Source of the DNA: Octopus vulgaris
Lineage: Eukaryota
Reading direction: 5' to 3'
NCBI GenBank assembly: GCA_951406725.2
Contig: OX597817.1
Location: 102,920,001-102,984,000 of the forward strand
DNA: 64,000 nt
The notes beneath the pieces are model-generated. The model worked only from the letters and a program-made list of their open reading frames with translations, was not told the origin of the DNA and did no database searches. This document shows, one piece after another, positions 1-12,543 of this stretch. Made by a program: the position numbers and the translations under genes. Each line of letters starts with the position of its first letter. Within the stretch, counting starts at the first letter, position 1.

Positions 1-407
1 GTTTCATTTACTGCCTAATGCTGATTTATCGAATTCTTTGTTTATACTGGTGTTGTTTGGTCTGTCATTCAAATTAAGGTTATGGGCCTATGAAAACATA
101 TCATCCCAGGCGTTCACAGGTTTCTGGTGTTCTTCCGTTTGTACAATATAGGTATGGATTTCAGCTAATTGTTGGTGTGTTGTTTACTGCTAGAATTAGC
201 CGACCATTCTGTCTGCCCATCATTGGAAGTGGGATGATTATCTTCAATGGTTGGCTTTATAATGCCACCTGTTTTGAATCCGACATTTCGGTTAGATGTA
301 TTAATCTAAATCTGATGATACGTTTTGCTTGTTCATTTAAACGTTTTAGGAGAAAATCTAATTCTGGGTGTTTGGAGTTCTTCAACTTTTTTATTGACTG
401 ACCACGA
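1..407 (-). mobile_element. Possible N-terminal fragment of a second non-LTR element downstream of the (TACA)n tract
   Basis: Degenerate protein-like minus reading (QSIKKLKNSKHPELDFLLKRLNEQAKRIIRF...) starts exactly at the microsatellite edge; no diagnostic motif. Confidence 0.3.
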
Positions 408-492
408 TGTATGTATGTATGTATGTATGTATGTATGTATGTATGTATGTATGTATTATGTATGTATGTATGTATGTATGTATGTATGTATG
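408..492. repeat. (TATG)n microsatellite, 3' flank/tail of the R4-like LINE
   Basis: Direct tandem repeat. Confidence 0.95.
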
Positions 493-1853
493 TTCTCCCT
501 CTTTTATTTAGAATAAATTTTGACCGGCCACTTACTTGGTAGCAAGGTTGTGAAGGAAACCATCTTGTTTTAAGCAAGTACCCGTTAAATCTTAGGAAGG
601 TTTGCTGATTTTCATAGTCCCAGATATCGTGATCATTTGTATCGTATGAATTAAGGATTTTTATTCTTTCTCCAAGATCCCAAATTCGGCCTTACTTTGC
701 TCAGATGTGTTGGTATGTATCCTGTTGCTCCAATAATAATAATAGGTACGAAGCTGAAAGTGTATCTTGGATACTGGACTTGCAAATTCCTTATCAATGG
801 GCCATATATGCCCTCTTTCTCTTGTATTTTTTTAATCACATTCGTGACAAAAGGGCTGCTGATTTCTTCAACAGATCTTCTCTTTGTGGTCCCACACATC
901 AGTATCTGGCCGGTTGTGTTTTAACCTGGTGGTTGTTTTAATTTTTAAGTTCCACCAATATTCTTTTGACCAGTCGGTCTCAATATGGTCAATTTCGCCT
1001 ATAAGTGTTTTCTCTTTTGCTATCCTGTTCCAAACAGTTCTGGCTACCGCATCATGCCTCATGGGAAAATAATACCTGGAAGATATTCTCTTGCATTTAG
1101 CAATAATGTGGTTGATGTCTTCTGTCTTGGTCTTGCATAGCCTACATTTGTTGCCTGTCAACGTTTTCTGTCTTTTATGCTTTAGGTACATAGTGAAGAT
1201 CTCTTGCTCTTGAATTGTATGGGGGTAGTCTTCGAAGTGGAATGTCATAAACTTGTTGGTACTTCATGCCAAGCTTTTCATATGATCAGTCCCTTCTACG
1301 GTTTGTGTTTTACGCGCCAAGTACTCATGTACTATCTTCTCAGTGAATTGGTCCATTTTCTTAAAATTCTGTTCTGATAAATAAATTTTACCAGTGCTCC
1401 TGTATCCGCTCTTATTTCATAGTTCATTAACTATGTTGTTGATATCATAGCCACAGACTTGGGAAGAAAATTACTAGTCTCTTTCCTCTGCTGCAGATAT
1501 TGTTTCAGTGTCACAATATGTGCTTCAAATGACATCGATACAGATTTAAGATCACAGCCACCATGTTTACATAGGAAGAAATACAGTTTGTCTACATCTT
1601 CATTGATGTTGAAGTTCTCAGTAACGGTGAGCAGCTTGCGAGTTCGAACATCTATCTCACCGAGTTCCTATAGAGAACAGTTCAGAAGGCCACACGTAGG
1701 CGTGAGGCCAGGCACCACAAAGGTGTTGTGGGCAATATGCTTGTTGTAAGCTGAAAGTTCTGATGACCATATTTTTTTTACGCTCCTAAGGTATTCGTTC
1801 CTGGTTATCTCCTGGTCCATCATATCTGACATTCTTATCTTGTCCAAGATACC
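493..1853 (-). mobile_element. 5'-truncated, decayed RLE-type non-LTR retrotransposon (R4/Dong-like)
   Basis: Minus-strand fragments: RT domain 7/thumb (YLGILD...EYLRSVKKIWSSELSAYNK), CCHC knuckle (CRLC...HIIAKC), RHD motif, RPD..D endonuclease motif, EKEGIY and VPIIIIGATG; AATAAA just before the (TACA)n tail. Confidence 0.85.
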
Positions 1854-1865
1854 TATGTATGTATG

Positions 1866-1899
<34 letters not shown>

Positions 1900-1941
1900 T
1901 GTATGTATGTATGCATGTATGCATGTATGCATGTATGCATG

Positions 1942-1973
<32 letters not shown>

Positions 1974-2005
1974 TGTAGTATGTATGTATGTATGTATGTA
2001 TGTAT
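1854..2005. repeat. (TATG)n/(CATGTATG)n microsatellite
   Basis: Direct tandem repeat at the 5' junction of the LINE. Confidence 0.95.
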
Positions 2006-2515
2006 GGACTACACAACCTCCATAAAATAAAAACCCTTAAACGTGTGTTAGCTTTACCAATATTAAAATCCTTCTGAAGGACAATCACACAATATTTAAC
2101 AAAGGACTTCCTCGTGCAATGGGCGTTATCGGTAGAGTCTCATTAATCCTGAAGTTTCCCATTTGCCCTAGTAATGCTTAGCGGTTCAGTTCTCTGCTCT
2201 TTAAACTCTTCAACCAGATCAAAGCTAGCAGCTACGTTGCTCAAATAAAGGCGTAGATTCCATCCTTTTAAATAAAATACGAACGATTATAATATTCTCA
2301 AGCACATTAATTTAATCTAAAGAAGCATATGAATTATTTCCACCTAGTAAAATACAACTCTTAATACCCTCGTATCAGAGAACTTTTATACTCCAAACAA
2401 CATTAACCAGCCTAAGAAGAATAAGTTAATTTCGCTTAGTAAAACACCTAACGCACTAGAAACCTATCAGCGTGGGACTTAGTTCATACAGTATCAAAGT
2501 TATGTTATATACATT

Positions 2516-2819
2516 ATCTTTTACTTGTTTCAGTCAGTTGACTGCGCCCATATTGGGGCATCGCCTTGAAGGCTTTTAGTCGAACAAATAGACCCTGGGA
2601 CTTATTTTTTGAAGCCTGGTGCTTATTCCATCTCTTTTTGATACTTTGGAGTAATGTTTCAAATCATATTCATAATGTGGCGGTTCTGATAATGAGCTCA
2701 CTTATCATAAACACATTATACATTATACACATACATTTACGGGGAGGTAAACAAACCAACACCAGTTGTTAAGCGGTGGTGGGACGACAAAAACAGACAC
2801 AGAGACACATACATACATG

Positions 2820-2892
<73 letters not shown>

Positions 2893-3045
2893 GACGGGTT
2901 CCTTTCAGTTTCTGTTTACCAATCCACTCACAAAGCTTTGGTTGGCCCAAGGCCACAGTAGAAGACACTTGCCAAAGGTGTCACGCTGTGATACTGAACC
3001 CGGATCAATGTGGTTGAGCAAGCTCCTTACCCCACACCCATGCCT
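2516..3045 (-). mobile_element. tRNA-derived SINE, family A
   Basis: Reverse complement of the 43282-43683 copy (head with GGTTCAGTCCCA-like B box, internal TA/TG microsatellite, GAAACAAGTAAAAGA tail). Confidence 0.85.
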
Positions 3046-3113
3046 GTACCTAATATATTTAGAAGAAATGAATTCTGATGAATATATAATGCTAGCTTTC
3101 TTAGTGCCTTACT

Positions 3114-3116
3114 TCA

Positions 3117-3175
<59 letters not shown>

Positions 3176-3191
3176 CACTACTACTACTACT
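3114..3191. repeat. (CTA)n microsatellite
   Basis: Direct tandem repeat. Confidence 0.95.
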
Positions 3192-3362
3192 TTTTATGGC
3201 TAATATATTTTCCTGGTCTTATCTGTTGCAAAAGTGCATTGAGCAAAATAAGTCAATGGGAATGACGTATGTCTAGCACCACTTGTTCAGTACCCGCTAG
3301 TAACTTCGTCTTAGAGTCCGTGTGCGTAGCTATAAGCCTTGCTATCTTAAGTCTAGTTTATG

Positions 3363-3393
<31 letters not shown>

Positions 3394-3520
3394 TGTATGT
3401 ATGTATGTATGTATGTATGTATGTATGTATGTGTGTGTATGTATGTATGTATGTATGCATGTATGTATGTATGTACACGTTCGTATGTTTATTTACTACA
3501 CGATTTTTAATTATGTGTAT

Positions 3521-3570
<50 letters not shown>

Positions 3571-3622
3571 GTATGTCATATTTTCCGTTTGTTGTCTTTT
3601 TATTTAATCCTGAATATATATA

Positions 3623-3674
<52 letters not shown>

Positions 3675-3681
<7 letters not shown>

Positions 3682-4145
3682 AAAGCAGGAAAATGCTTAC
3701 AATTTGTATATTTTTAATTTATTTTAAAGGATAGAATATTATGATAGTCGACCGATTTCGCGTTCGCTAATCATGACATTGAAATTGGTAAAAATATTAC
3801 AATTTTGTCTTTTCTTGAAACCGGTCGACTACCAAAATATATTAAGAAAATATAAATTGTGTGCATTTTCCTTCTTTTATTATATATTTTTTTACTATAA
3901 CTCACCAAATGGGGAAAATTTCTTCCACGAAATTCTTTTCTTATATATATAAATAAAATAAAATACAAAATGGGACAAGAACGCAAAACATCCGGACAAC
4001 TAGGTGATACAAAAGGGGACAACAAAACATCCAGATAGACGATACCAAAAAAAAAAAAAAATACACGGACGGGTCATTGGAAGCTTTTTATCTTCAGTCA
4101 AGAACCGGATCATCATCGCAATTTCGGTTGATTAATCTTGCCGAA
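3675..4145. mobile_element. Penelope-like (PLE) terminal-repeat remnants, inverted pair
   Basis: 3675-3760 is inverted relative to 3817-3890; contains GAAACCGGTCGAC and a decayed minimal hammerhead at 3747-3777 (-). Confidence 0.55.
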
Positions 4146-4146
4146 A

Positions 4147-4208
<62 letters not shown>

Positions 4209-4223
4209 CATACATACATACAT

Positions 4224-4288
<65 letters not shown>

Positions 4289-5825
4289 TAATCAAAGTCC
4301 CTGGTGGTGACCGCAACAAAGACGATAAAAATTAACTCGGTTCATGATGTTCACATAATTAATGACAAATGTATATGTTGACGTGATAATATAATGTGTT
4401 TATGTGTTTTTGATAAATGAGTTCATTATCAGAACATTATGAATATGATTTAAAACATTACTCTAAAGTATCAAGTCTGATACTCTCCTCTAATTATAAG
4501 AAACGCAACGTTAAGATGTTGCACCTCCTGCATTAGGAATAAATATTCTGAGTTCAAGCTCAACATAGAGAAATTAATACAAGCCAAAACTGGGTACCTG
4601 AAAATAATTAGCGATTGAAGGGGTTAAAACACGAAATTTAATGATTTGGAGCATGATTTATTTTTAGATATGTCAAAGCTTCTATTCTTTGGGTGGTAGA
4701 CTTTATCCTATCGCCCAGTTTAATAGCACCACTTGACCTTTTAGCGAAGTGCACTCCGTTAAAGGTATTCAGATGGCTTTAGTTTGAGGATAACGTCCCT
4801 TCTCCTACAAGTCTCGGGAGCCTTAAAAATAGGTCATGGCGCTGCCATTTCCCCTCTAAGTCTTGCAACATAAATCGATATTTCACTTGTATTATTTGTC
4901 ATTTTGATATGGTGATATTAAATATTTTTCCCATCCGACATTAACATTTGCTACAGAATTTTTATCTAGCAACTTCAGAAAGTTTACAACAGAACGACGT
5001 TATCAGTATTTCGTTTAGAGATAAAACTAAATCACTTTTTTAAATGTTATTTATCTTTAATAAAAAAGATCACTACATTCCTCTATATACGATAAACAAT
5101 TGGGAATGAAAACTTTCAACATAGATAGGCAATTCTAGACCATAAGCTTTTAGAACCGACGAAGCTTGGATTTATCTTCTAAAATAAAGAAATCTCAACG
5201 ACTGAACCACTATCGGCAATGCAAATTCAGAAAACATGTCAGGCAGAAAATTCCCATTCATTTTAAGTAAAGCCACATTAATCGAGATATTCACTGTTTT
5301 CTATTGTTATCACAACATATCTTAATTCTCAGAATTCTGTCTCCGACGTAATCTTCGATGAAAGCATGCACTAGTTTGCAACCCAATTCACAGTCGACCC
5401 ACCTAACCTTTGCAGTGATTCGCTAAAACACTTAGCAAGTGTCTAGTTATTCTTGCTGTCCGTGCAGATGTTATCTCTTCTGCACCTGCCCCTATTGTTA
5501 TCACTCAGCAAGCTATTAACAAAACAGGATATAATTTTCTTTTCTAATATTAGTTGCTCCACTGACTTATGAGACCGGGACAACGTAGTTCATAGCATAA
5601 ACCAAAAACAATGATTGACAGCTCATGCATGACCAGGTTTGTAGGCCTCTGAAATAGGTTATTATGAGAAATGATCAACTACATAGATGAAAAATGCAGG
5701 TCTCAAGGCAGGGATTGCAAACGTACCCACTAAATTTTGGCGGGGAAGCGGGTGGTGCAATGAAAACGATTTGAATATCCTCTTTTAAAAAATTCATCGC
5801 CAAAACGAACGGGCGTAGTAACATT

Positions 5826-5900
5826 TTGGACTGATTTCATTTCATTGGATTGATTTCATTTCATTTGGATTGATTACATTTCCATTTATCTGATTTGATT
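5826..5900. repeat. ~19-bp degenerate tandem repeat (ttggattgatttcatttca)
   Basis: 3-4 copies visible. Confidence 0.75.
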
Positions 5901-6437
5901 GTCGTACAAATATAATAATAATTTTTATATACCTGTTTTTGTTTTGATATTAAGATTGAAACAAAATCGACCATGTAAAGATTTTGGATACGAGTTAGCA
6001 CCCATTAAACAAATTTTATTCCTGGTCTTACGCAGATGTGGAGAATGTAAATCCAGTCGTAGTTATATATGGAGCATTTGCCAATTGTAAAGGCTTAACT
6101 CGAAAATCTTCAGTTAACTCAACGCATACAAAATACAAGAGAGAGAGCCTTGCTTTGCATGGCTCATCTAACACCGAAAATACTAATGTCGCTAATTTAA
6201 ATGTGATGCTGGGTGATTGTCGTTCATGACTGGTGCCTACTAACAATTAACCGAAGTCAGTGAAAAATTAATAAACTTTCTGAAAAGAATTGTAATAGCA
6301 TTATACTAATGACTGAGTTCAAGACGAATTTGTTCAGAATATAGCATAGTCTCCTTGACTTCCGGTACATAGTGACATTGGTTTTTATCGGTCAGAGTGG
6401 GTTTCGAATTCTTGCAGTTGCGTACTAAACTAACTAT

Positions 6438-6667
6438 AAAATAAATGCGCGCTTTTTAAAGCCTAACCAGGCTCATAAGCCCGGTTTCCCGGTTTCCATG
6501 GCGTATGTGTTCCCAAGCTAGATCATTTTTGCCAGCTGAGTGGACTGGAGCAACGTGAAATGAAGTGTTTTGCTCAAGAACACAACGCGTCACCCGGTCC
6601 AGGAATCGAAACCACAATCTTACGATCATGATGCTGACACCCTAACCACTAAGCCACGCGCCTCCAC
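6438..6667 (-). mobile_element. tRNA-derived CORE-type SINE with 13-bp TSD
   Basis: Minus head GTGGCTTAGTGG...GTTTCGATTCC, then CORE-like TGTGTTCTTGAGCAAAACACTT; TSD ctaaactaactat at 6425-6437 and 6668-6680. Confidence 0.85.
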
Positions 6668-7761
6668 CTAAACTAACTATTGTTAAATATAAATCCAATT
6701 CGGTATTCTATTGTCTATCAAATGTTACTCATATGTTATTTATGTTGCAATTTACATGAAATAAGTTTAAATAACATATCAAAACACTGTGCGTAAACTT
6801 GCAAGTACATCAATTCTCGCTTTATCTTAATTACTCCTTATTCTGGGGGAAATGACTCATTCTCGAATAGCACCTTGATAATTTTATTTGTTTAGTAGTT
6901 TTAGTGTCAAACATTGTTTTTCTACTTAATGAAAGCTGTATCGTTCACGAATCTTTCCAGCAACCTTTATTATAACAATGTAGTTTAAAATCTCCTATGA
7001 ACCAACCAAAAGTTACATCACTCACTGCCAACACCCAAATTTGTTTTTAATCTGTGACAATTATCATCGAAATACCATAGTTAATGATTGCATGGTTATA
7101 GCTTAATGATCGCGTAGGGTCTCTGAAGTTAGGAAAAATGTTTATCTGTCCCTCCACCACCTAGCGCGCGCGTGTATGCATATATGTATATGTATGCGCA
7201 CGTATGTGTATGCATGTATGTATCCATGTGTGTGTGTGCATATGTGTGTTCAACTATATTTTCATTTTTCCTAGACTTTTTTTTGCCTCTCTCTCCAAAT
7301 TTAGATTTTTTTTGTCTCTCTGTGTGGTTTGTAGCTTTGTGTTTGTTAACTGGAATCTATCTGTATTGATATTATTTTCCGTTTTAAATGCCAAGTTTAC
7401 CTAGATTGCTTGATCTAAGTAAACTGAGTTCTTTTGATTAAGATCCAGCTTTACGAAGAAAGAGTTAACCTATATTGAATAAAAACAAACAAAAATATAT
7501 ACAAAAGCATCAGTATCCGAAGCAACTAATCGTGGTCTTCGTCGGCAAAATGTGTTCAGTAAAGTTTGTTAATATAGATTTGTATAAAGGGGGCGGAGGA
7601 GAAGAAAGCCTTAACATTTCCAGCTAAGCCTTACGTCAGAGAGACAGAAGATTATTTTTAAAACATTAGTTAATTTTGTATTTAACTGTTGCCTTAATTT
7701 TAACAGAACTCGTTTCAATGAACAAGCGTGGTTTATAATTTCCCGGTCTATGCACCAAAAT

Positions 7762-8125
7762 AGGCGCAGACCTGGCTGTGTGGCAAGAAGCTTGTTTCCC
7801 AACCACATGTTTCCAGGTTCAGTCCCATTGCGTGGCACGTTGGGCAAGTGTCTTCTACTATAGCCTCGAGTCAACCAAAGTCAGACGGAAACTGAAAGAA
7901 GCTCGTCGTGTGTGTGTGTGGGGGGGGGTGTTTGCCCCTCCATCACCGCTTGGCAATTGGCATTGGTGTGTTTACGTCCCCATAACTTAGCGGTTCGGCA
8001 AAAGAGACCCATAGAATAAGCACTAGGCTGAAAATGTAAGTCTTGGGGTTCATTTGTTAGTCTAAAATCCTTCAAGACAGTGCTCCAGCATAGTCGCAGT
8101 CAAATAACTGAAACAAGTAAAAGAA
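7762..8125 (+). mobile_element. SINE family A
   Basis: Head TGGCTGTGTGG...GGTTCAGTCCCA; tail GAAACAAGTAAAAGA. Confidence 0.85.
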
Positions 8126-8665
8126 TGTATATCTCCTTGTGGTCCTTGATTGAAACTTGAACACTTTACCCTTAATCTGTAAATACAGTTGAGAGAACGA
8201 TGTGAAACGAGTATGTATAGTCCTAAACTTTTAATTGTGTGAGAAATCAATAGAGAAGTTTCTTTCGGAAAGTAATTGCAACAGAGCTCATTGCTCAGAT
8301 AATTTCTTTCTTTCAAATTGTAATTGTATATGTTTTCTACCGTTTGATTGACCATTGATGAATCATTGCTTCTGAACAAACACAAATGTGCAATAGCGAC
8401 ACAATAGTAACTGATATTGATCAATAATGTCGGTCTTATCAGTATGTTCTGAACCCTAGCCAAATCTTTGCCGAACGTTTCTATATATTTCATTAACGTA
8501 CTGTAGTTCCTTTGCGTATTACAACAACCTCACCATCTACATGATATATTTATATATCTGACAGTTAATATCCTTTGGAATCTTCAGAACAACCAACTTT
8601 AATAGTTCTACTCTCTTTCTCACTGAATCTCTCCTTCTGCTCCTCTCTCTCTCTCATATACATAC

Positions 8666-8713
<48 letters not shown>

Positions 8714-9483
8714 AACATTTCTCATTAAAAAAACTCACCAGTGGTCACAGGGTAATTAACACAATTCAGTTTCCTTGAAAACCTCGAAACTTTGTCGACA
8801 TCGCATTTATATATTTGAATTAGTTGGCGTTGTTCTTTTGGAGAGTTTTTTTTATATTTTCATTTTTTTTTTCGATATTCAAAGGGACAATGTATCTGAA
8901 GTTGGCCAGATGTTATAGACTATTCTGTAAGCCAGAAATTATTTAGGAAAACAAGTGAACAACAGCAAATATTGTCGGAACTTTTATTAAACTAATAATA
9001 TATTTGCTGGCATTCTTCCCTTCTCCTCAAGCTACCATTTCTTTGTTGATATTTACAATATTGATTTCTTAAGACGCTCAAAATTTCTGATTTATAGGAG
9101 AGAGGGGAAATGAGCTTCCAAAGCATTCATGCTTTATTCAAGGGTTTCAGAAGCATTAAGTGAAGTGAAATTGCATCCACTGTTAGAAGCTTCCATTTTT
9201 ATGGCATTCACTCGCCTACCTATCAATTACTTTCTATCTTTTACTTGTTTCTGTTATTGGACTGCGACCATGCTGTGGCGCTTGGTGGGTTTGGTTGAAC
9301 AAGTCGTCCCCAGTTATTATCTTTTTATATATATATATATATATATATATAAGTCATATATTTATACCAGAGTTATAATACTTATAGTAATACATTGCGG
9401 GTCTTTTGTCGGACCGCTGTGTTACGAGGACGTAAACAAGTCAATGTCGGTTGTCAAAGGATGGTGGGTGACAGACACAACAT

Positions 9484-9548
<65 letters not shown>

Positions 9549-9558
9549 AGTACACGAA

Positions 9559-10420
9559 GGGAGACCGAATGCACTTTTGCCGAGGGAAAAGAAGCCGAAC
9601 GGACACAATGCCGAAAGGATACAATGCCGAAAGGACACAATGCCGAAAGGACATAAAACCGAAGGGACAAGATGCCGAAAAATATACGAAAATTAAAATA
9701 TATGATAATCACTTTATTCCTACAATATGACCATTTTTCAGACTGAATTGATCATTAAGCTATGTAGGTAGGATTGTTTTATTATTACTATGAGTGAGAG
9801 AGCAGTGCATGCCATCAAAGTGACACTGGGGTAAAATATACAAAGCCCAGTATACCCATCATGACTACCCGTCTGATAAGGGTACACTAAGCACATACAT
9901 CACAACCATATGTGCGTGACATGGTGATCTCATATCAAGATAAACAGCACATGACCTTGCAGGTGGAGCCCAGTTAGAATTTTCTTCTGGTCGAGTAACC
10001 CATCCTGCTCAAAAGGTCCCTGAATAAGGGTTGTTTAAGGATGTTGAACCAAACACCCATGTTTCTACAGGTGAATTATTCAAACTCCAAACAATTCCTC
10101 TCAACACATAGCTATGATGCTCCCCCACTACTTCTGCTCGTGATCAGAGATGCACATATCGTCAGCCACTGAGGGACAAGCTCAACTGGTTAAGGTCACA
10201 CAACTGACAAGCAAATCTGTGGTGTTGAGCAGAATATTTGCTGTAGCTCATCTTTTATACCAAGACAAAACAATGTACATGATAACACTTCTAATCAGTT
10301 AAGATCAGAAGCCACGAGAGCCACTGCCTGGTACTGCATCAGGGCATTTATTATAATAATTATTGTTGTTGTTGTTGATGTTGTGTCCGCTTGGCTTCGG
10401 CAAAAGTGCATCCAGCATCC
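9559..10420. mobile_element. Non-autonomous TIR DNA element with 15-bp subterminal repeats
   Basis: Left gggagaccgaatgcacttttgccga versus right (rc) gggatgctggatgcacttttgccga; ~5 copies of ggacacaatgccgaa at 9595-9680; no clear TSD. Confidence 0.6.
9790..10350 (+). mobile_element. ~560-bp interspersed repeat ending in (ATT)n (LINE 3' UTR-like / non-autonomous)
   Basis: Second copy at 60870-61380; both end in cagggcatttatta followed by ATT-type repeats. Confidence 0.75.
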
Positions 10421-10756
10421 CGTCCGCGCACCACACACACACACACACACACACATAATATATGTATGTGTATACGACTGTCTTCTTTCAGTTTCCGCTT
10501 ACCAAATCCACTCACAAGGCTTTGATCGGCCCAGAGTCACAGTAGAAAGCACCTGCTGTGCAGTGAAACTGAACCTGAGACCACACGTTTGAGAACAAGC
10601 TTCTTAACTACACAGCCAAGCCTGCGCCCATATTTATTTATTTTTCTCAAGCTTTATAGAATCTTGTCAGAGAAAGGACTAATTTAAATGTGATACATAC
10701 AGAGATTGCTTCCTTCGTACCACCGCCATTTTATATGTCTCCCAAGTAATTCATCA

Positions 10757-11050
10757 TTTCTTTTACTTGTTTTAGTCACTGGACTGCTGATATGTTGAGG
10801 CACTGCCTTTAAGAGTTTAGTCGTCGAAAAAATAAACGGCTTTTTTTTTTGCTTTTAAGTTTTGTACTTATTCTCAGGGAACATAAGCAAACCAATTTCG
10901 GTTGTCAAGCAGTGGGGGAAGCAGACACAACACACACACACACACACAACATACACGATAAGCTTCTTTTAGTTTCCATCAAGCAACTGCACTCACTCAA
11001 AATCGTGTGGTTGGGAAGTAAACTTCTTGCCTCACGGTCACGACTGCACC
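10757..11050 (-). mobile_element. SINE family A, degenerate
   Basis: Tail tcttttacttgttt and head remnants. Confidence 0.7.
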
Positions 11051-11559
11051 TGTCATTTAACTTCCAGTAATTTCCATTCTTAAATATTTAGTGTTACAGT
11101 TTTAGTGAGCCATTGTTGTGTACGCATTTTAGAAGAAATTAATTTGTCTGGTTTATAGAGTTTGTGATCCCGTTTCCATTCCCCAGCTGTGTGGATATTT
11201 CAATTTATTTACATCCTTCATGTCTGCAATAACCAATCACTATTGGTGGATCTAAACACCGTATACTTATCCTGGTAAACTGAACATAAAAAAGTGAAAC
11301 ACAAAGCGACTAACTTAGAGCTAGTTCCGATGAATTAATCCGAGGATTGCATTCTATGTCGTTAGAAATGCTCTCTTCTTTTTTTCCCCTTATTCTTTTA
11401 AGAATCTGAATCTTTTCGTTAGAGACAAGAAAAATGTATTGAATCATATAATATTCAAATTATTTGAAATTGAATTGCGAATTGGGTACGCTGAGAGCTC
11501 TCCTATCTTATGTTGCTCTCCCGAGTTCAGTAAGGTGTTTAGTCAAAAATTCTATATAT

Positions 11560-11773
11560 TGCTTTCAAGTTTTGACACAAAGCCAGCAATTTCGGGGGAG
11601 GGTAGGTCGATTAGATCGATTCCAGTTCTCAACTGGTACTTATTTTATCGACCCCAAAAGGATGAAAGGCTAAGTCGACCTCGGCGGAATTTGAACTCAG
11701 AACATAAAGACGGACGAATTGCCACTGAGCATTTTGCCCGGCGTGCTAACGATTCTGCCAGCTCGCTGCCTTA
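11560..11773 (-). mobile_element. MetaSINE-like SINE, family B
   Basis: Reverse complement of GGCAGCGAGCTGGCAGAATCG...GAGTTCAAATTCC...CCTTTCATCCTTT.GGGGTCGATAAAATAAGTACCAG (Meta/MESC-domain-like). Confidence 0.85.
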
Positions 11774-12424
11774 AACATTCTATATATTACTCATTCTTTG
11801 CCCAGGTCATTAGATCAGTGTACAGTTCTTTGTTTTCAAGTATATCAGTGAGAAATCAACTCAACAGCGATCATTATTCCCCAGGCTAGAGATCTCAGAT
11901 ACAGAAAGTAAGCGATGCTAAATAAGTCAGCGAGGGTATTGAATCGAACGAAATTTGGTTCGCTGGGAGCTTTGTGCCTACCCAGATGCTAATGCTTTAT
12001 ATTGTTATGTTCAAACATCTACATCATCTTGTTTTCACCATAGTAAAAGCTAAGCGACGTTTTATTTCCTATTGTTACCATCATGTCTATCAAACAGGGT
12101 TTAACTACTTTTCTGATTGAGGTTTAATGTTAATGTATCGGACACTCGCTTAATATGTTCTGAGTTCATATCCCATCGTGCTGTTAACTGAGTGGTGTAG
12201 AGAGAAAAGATGGAAAGAGATGTGGTAACTTGAACTTACAGGAAACTCACTAAGTAGTTCAGCCTTCAGAACTAAGATGAAATCATATGAGATAACAGAA
12301 TTAACTATTATCTCTTCACTTATTGGTGTTGGTATTTTATTTTCACTTGAAGAACGAGTAACAGCGTCGACTTCAACTCAACGAACTGCATAGTTACATA
12401 TATACATGCTTGCATACTCTCTCC

Positions 12425-12458
<34 letters not shown>

Positions 12459-12543
12459 TACACATGCACGCGCGCGCACGCACACACACATACACACACA
12501 TCTTTTATTTATCATATCGAAAAGTTTGTGATTCATTCATTCC

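Larger units (their letters stand above)
9233..10630 (-). mobile_element. SINE family A split by nested insertions
   Basis: 3' half at 9233-9550 and 5' half at ~10421-10630 flank the TIR element at 9559-10420. Confidence 0.75.

Noticed and set aside
325-4335. Many ORFs rich in [12 protein letters not shown]/poly-Y
   Set aside because: Translations of (TATG)n, (TA)n, (CA)n and (CTA)n microsatellites, not genes; the same applies to similar ORFs across the window.
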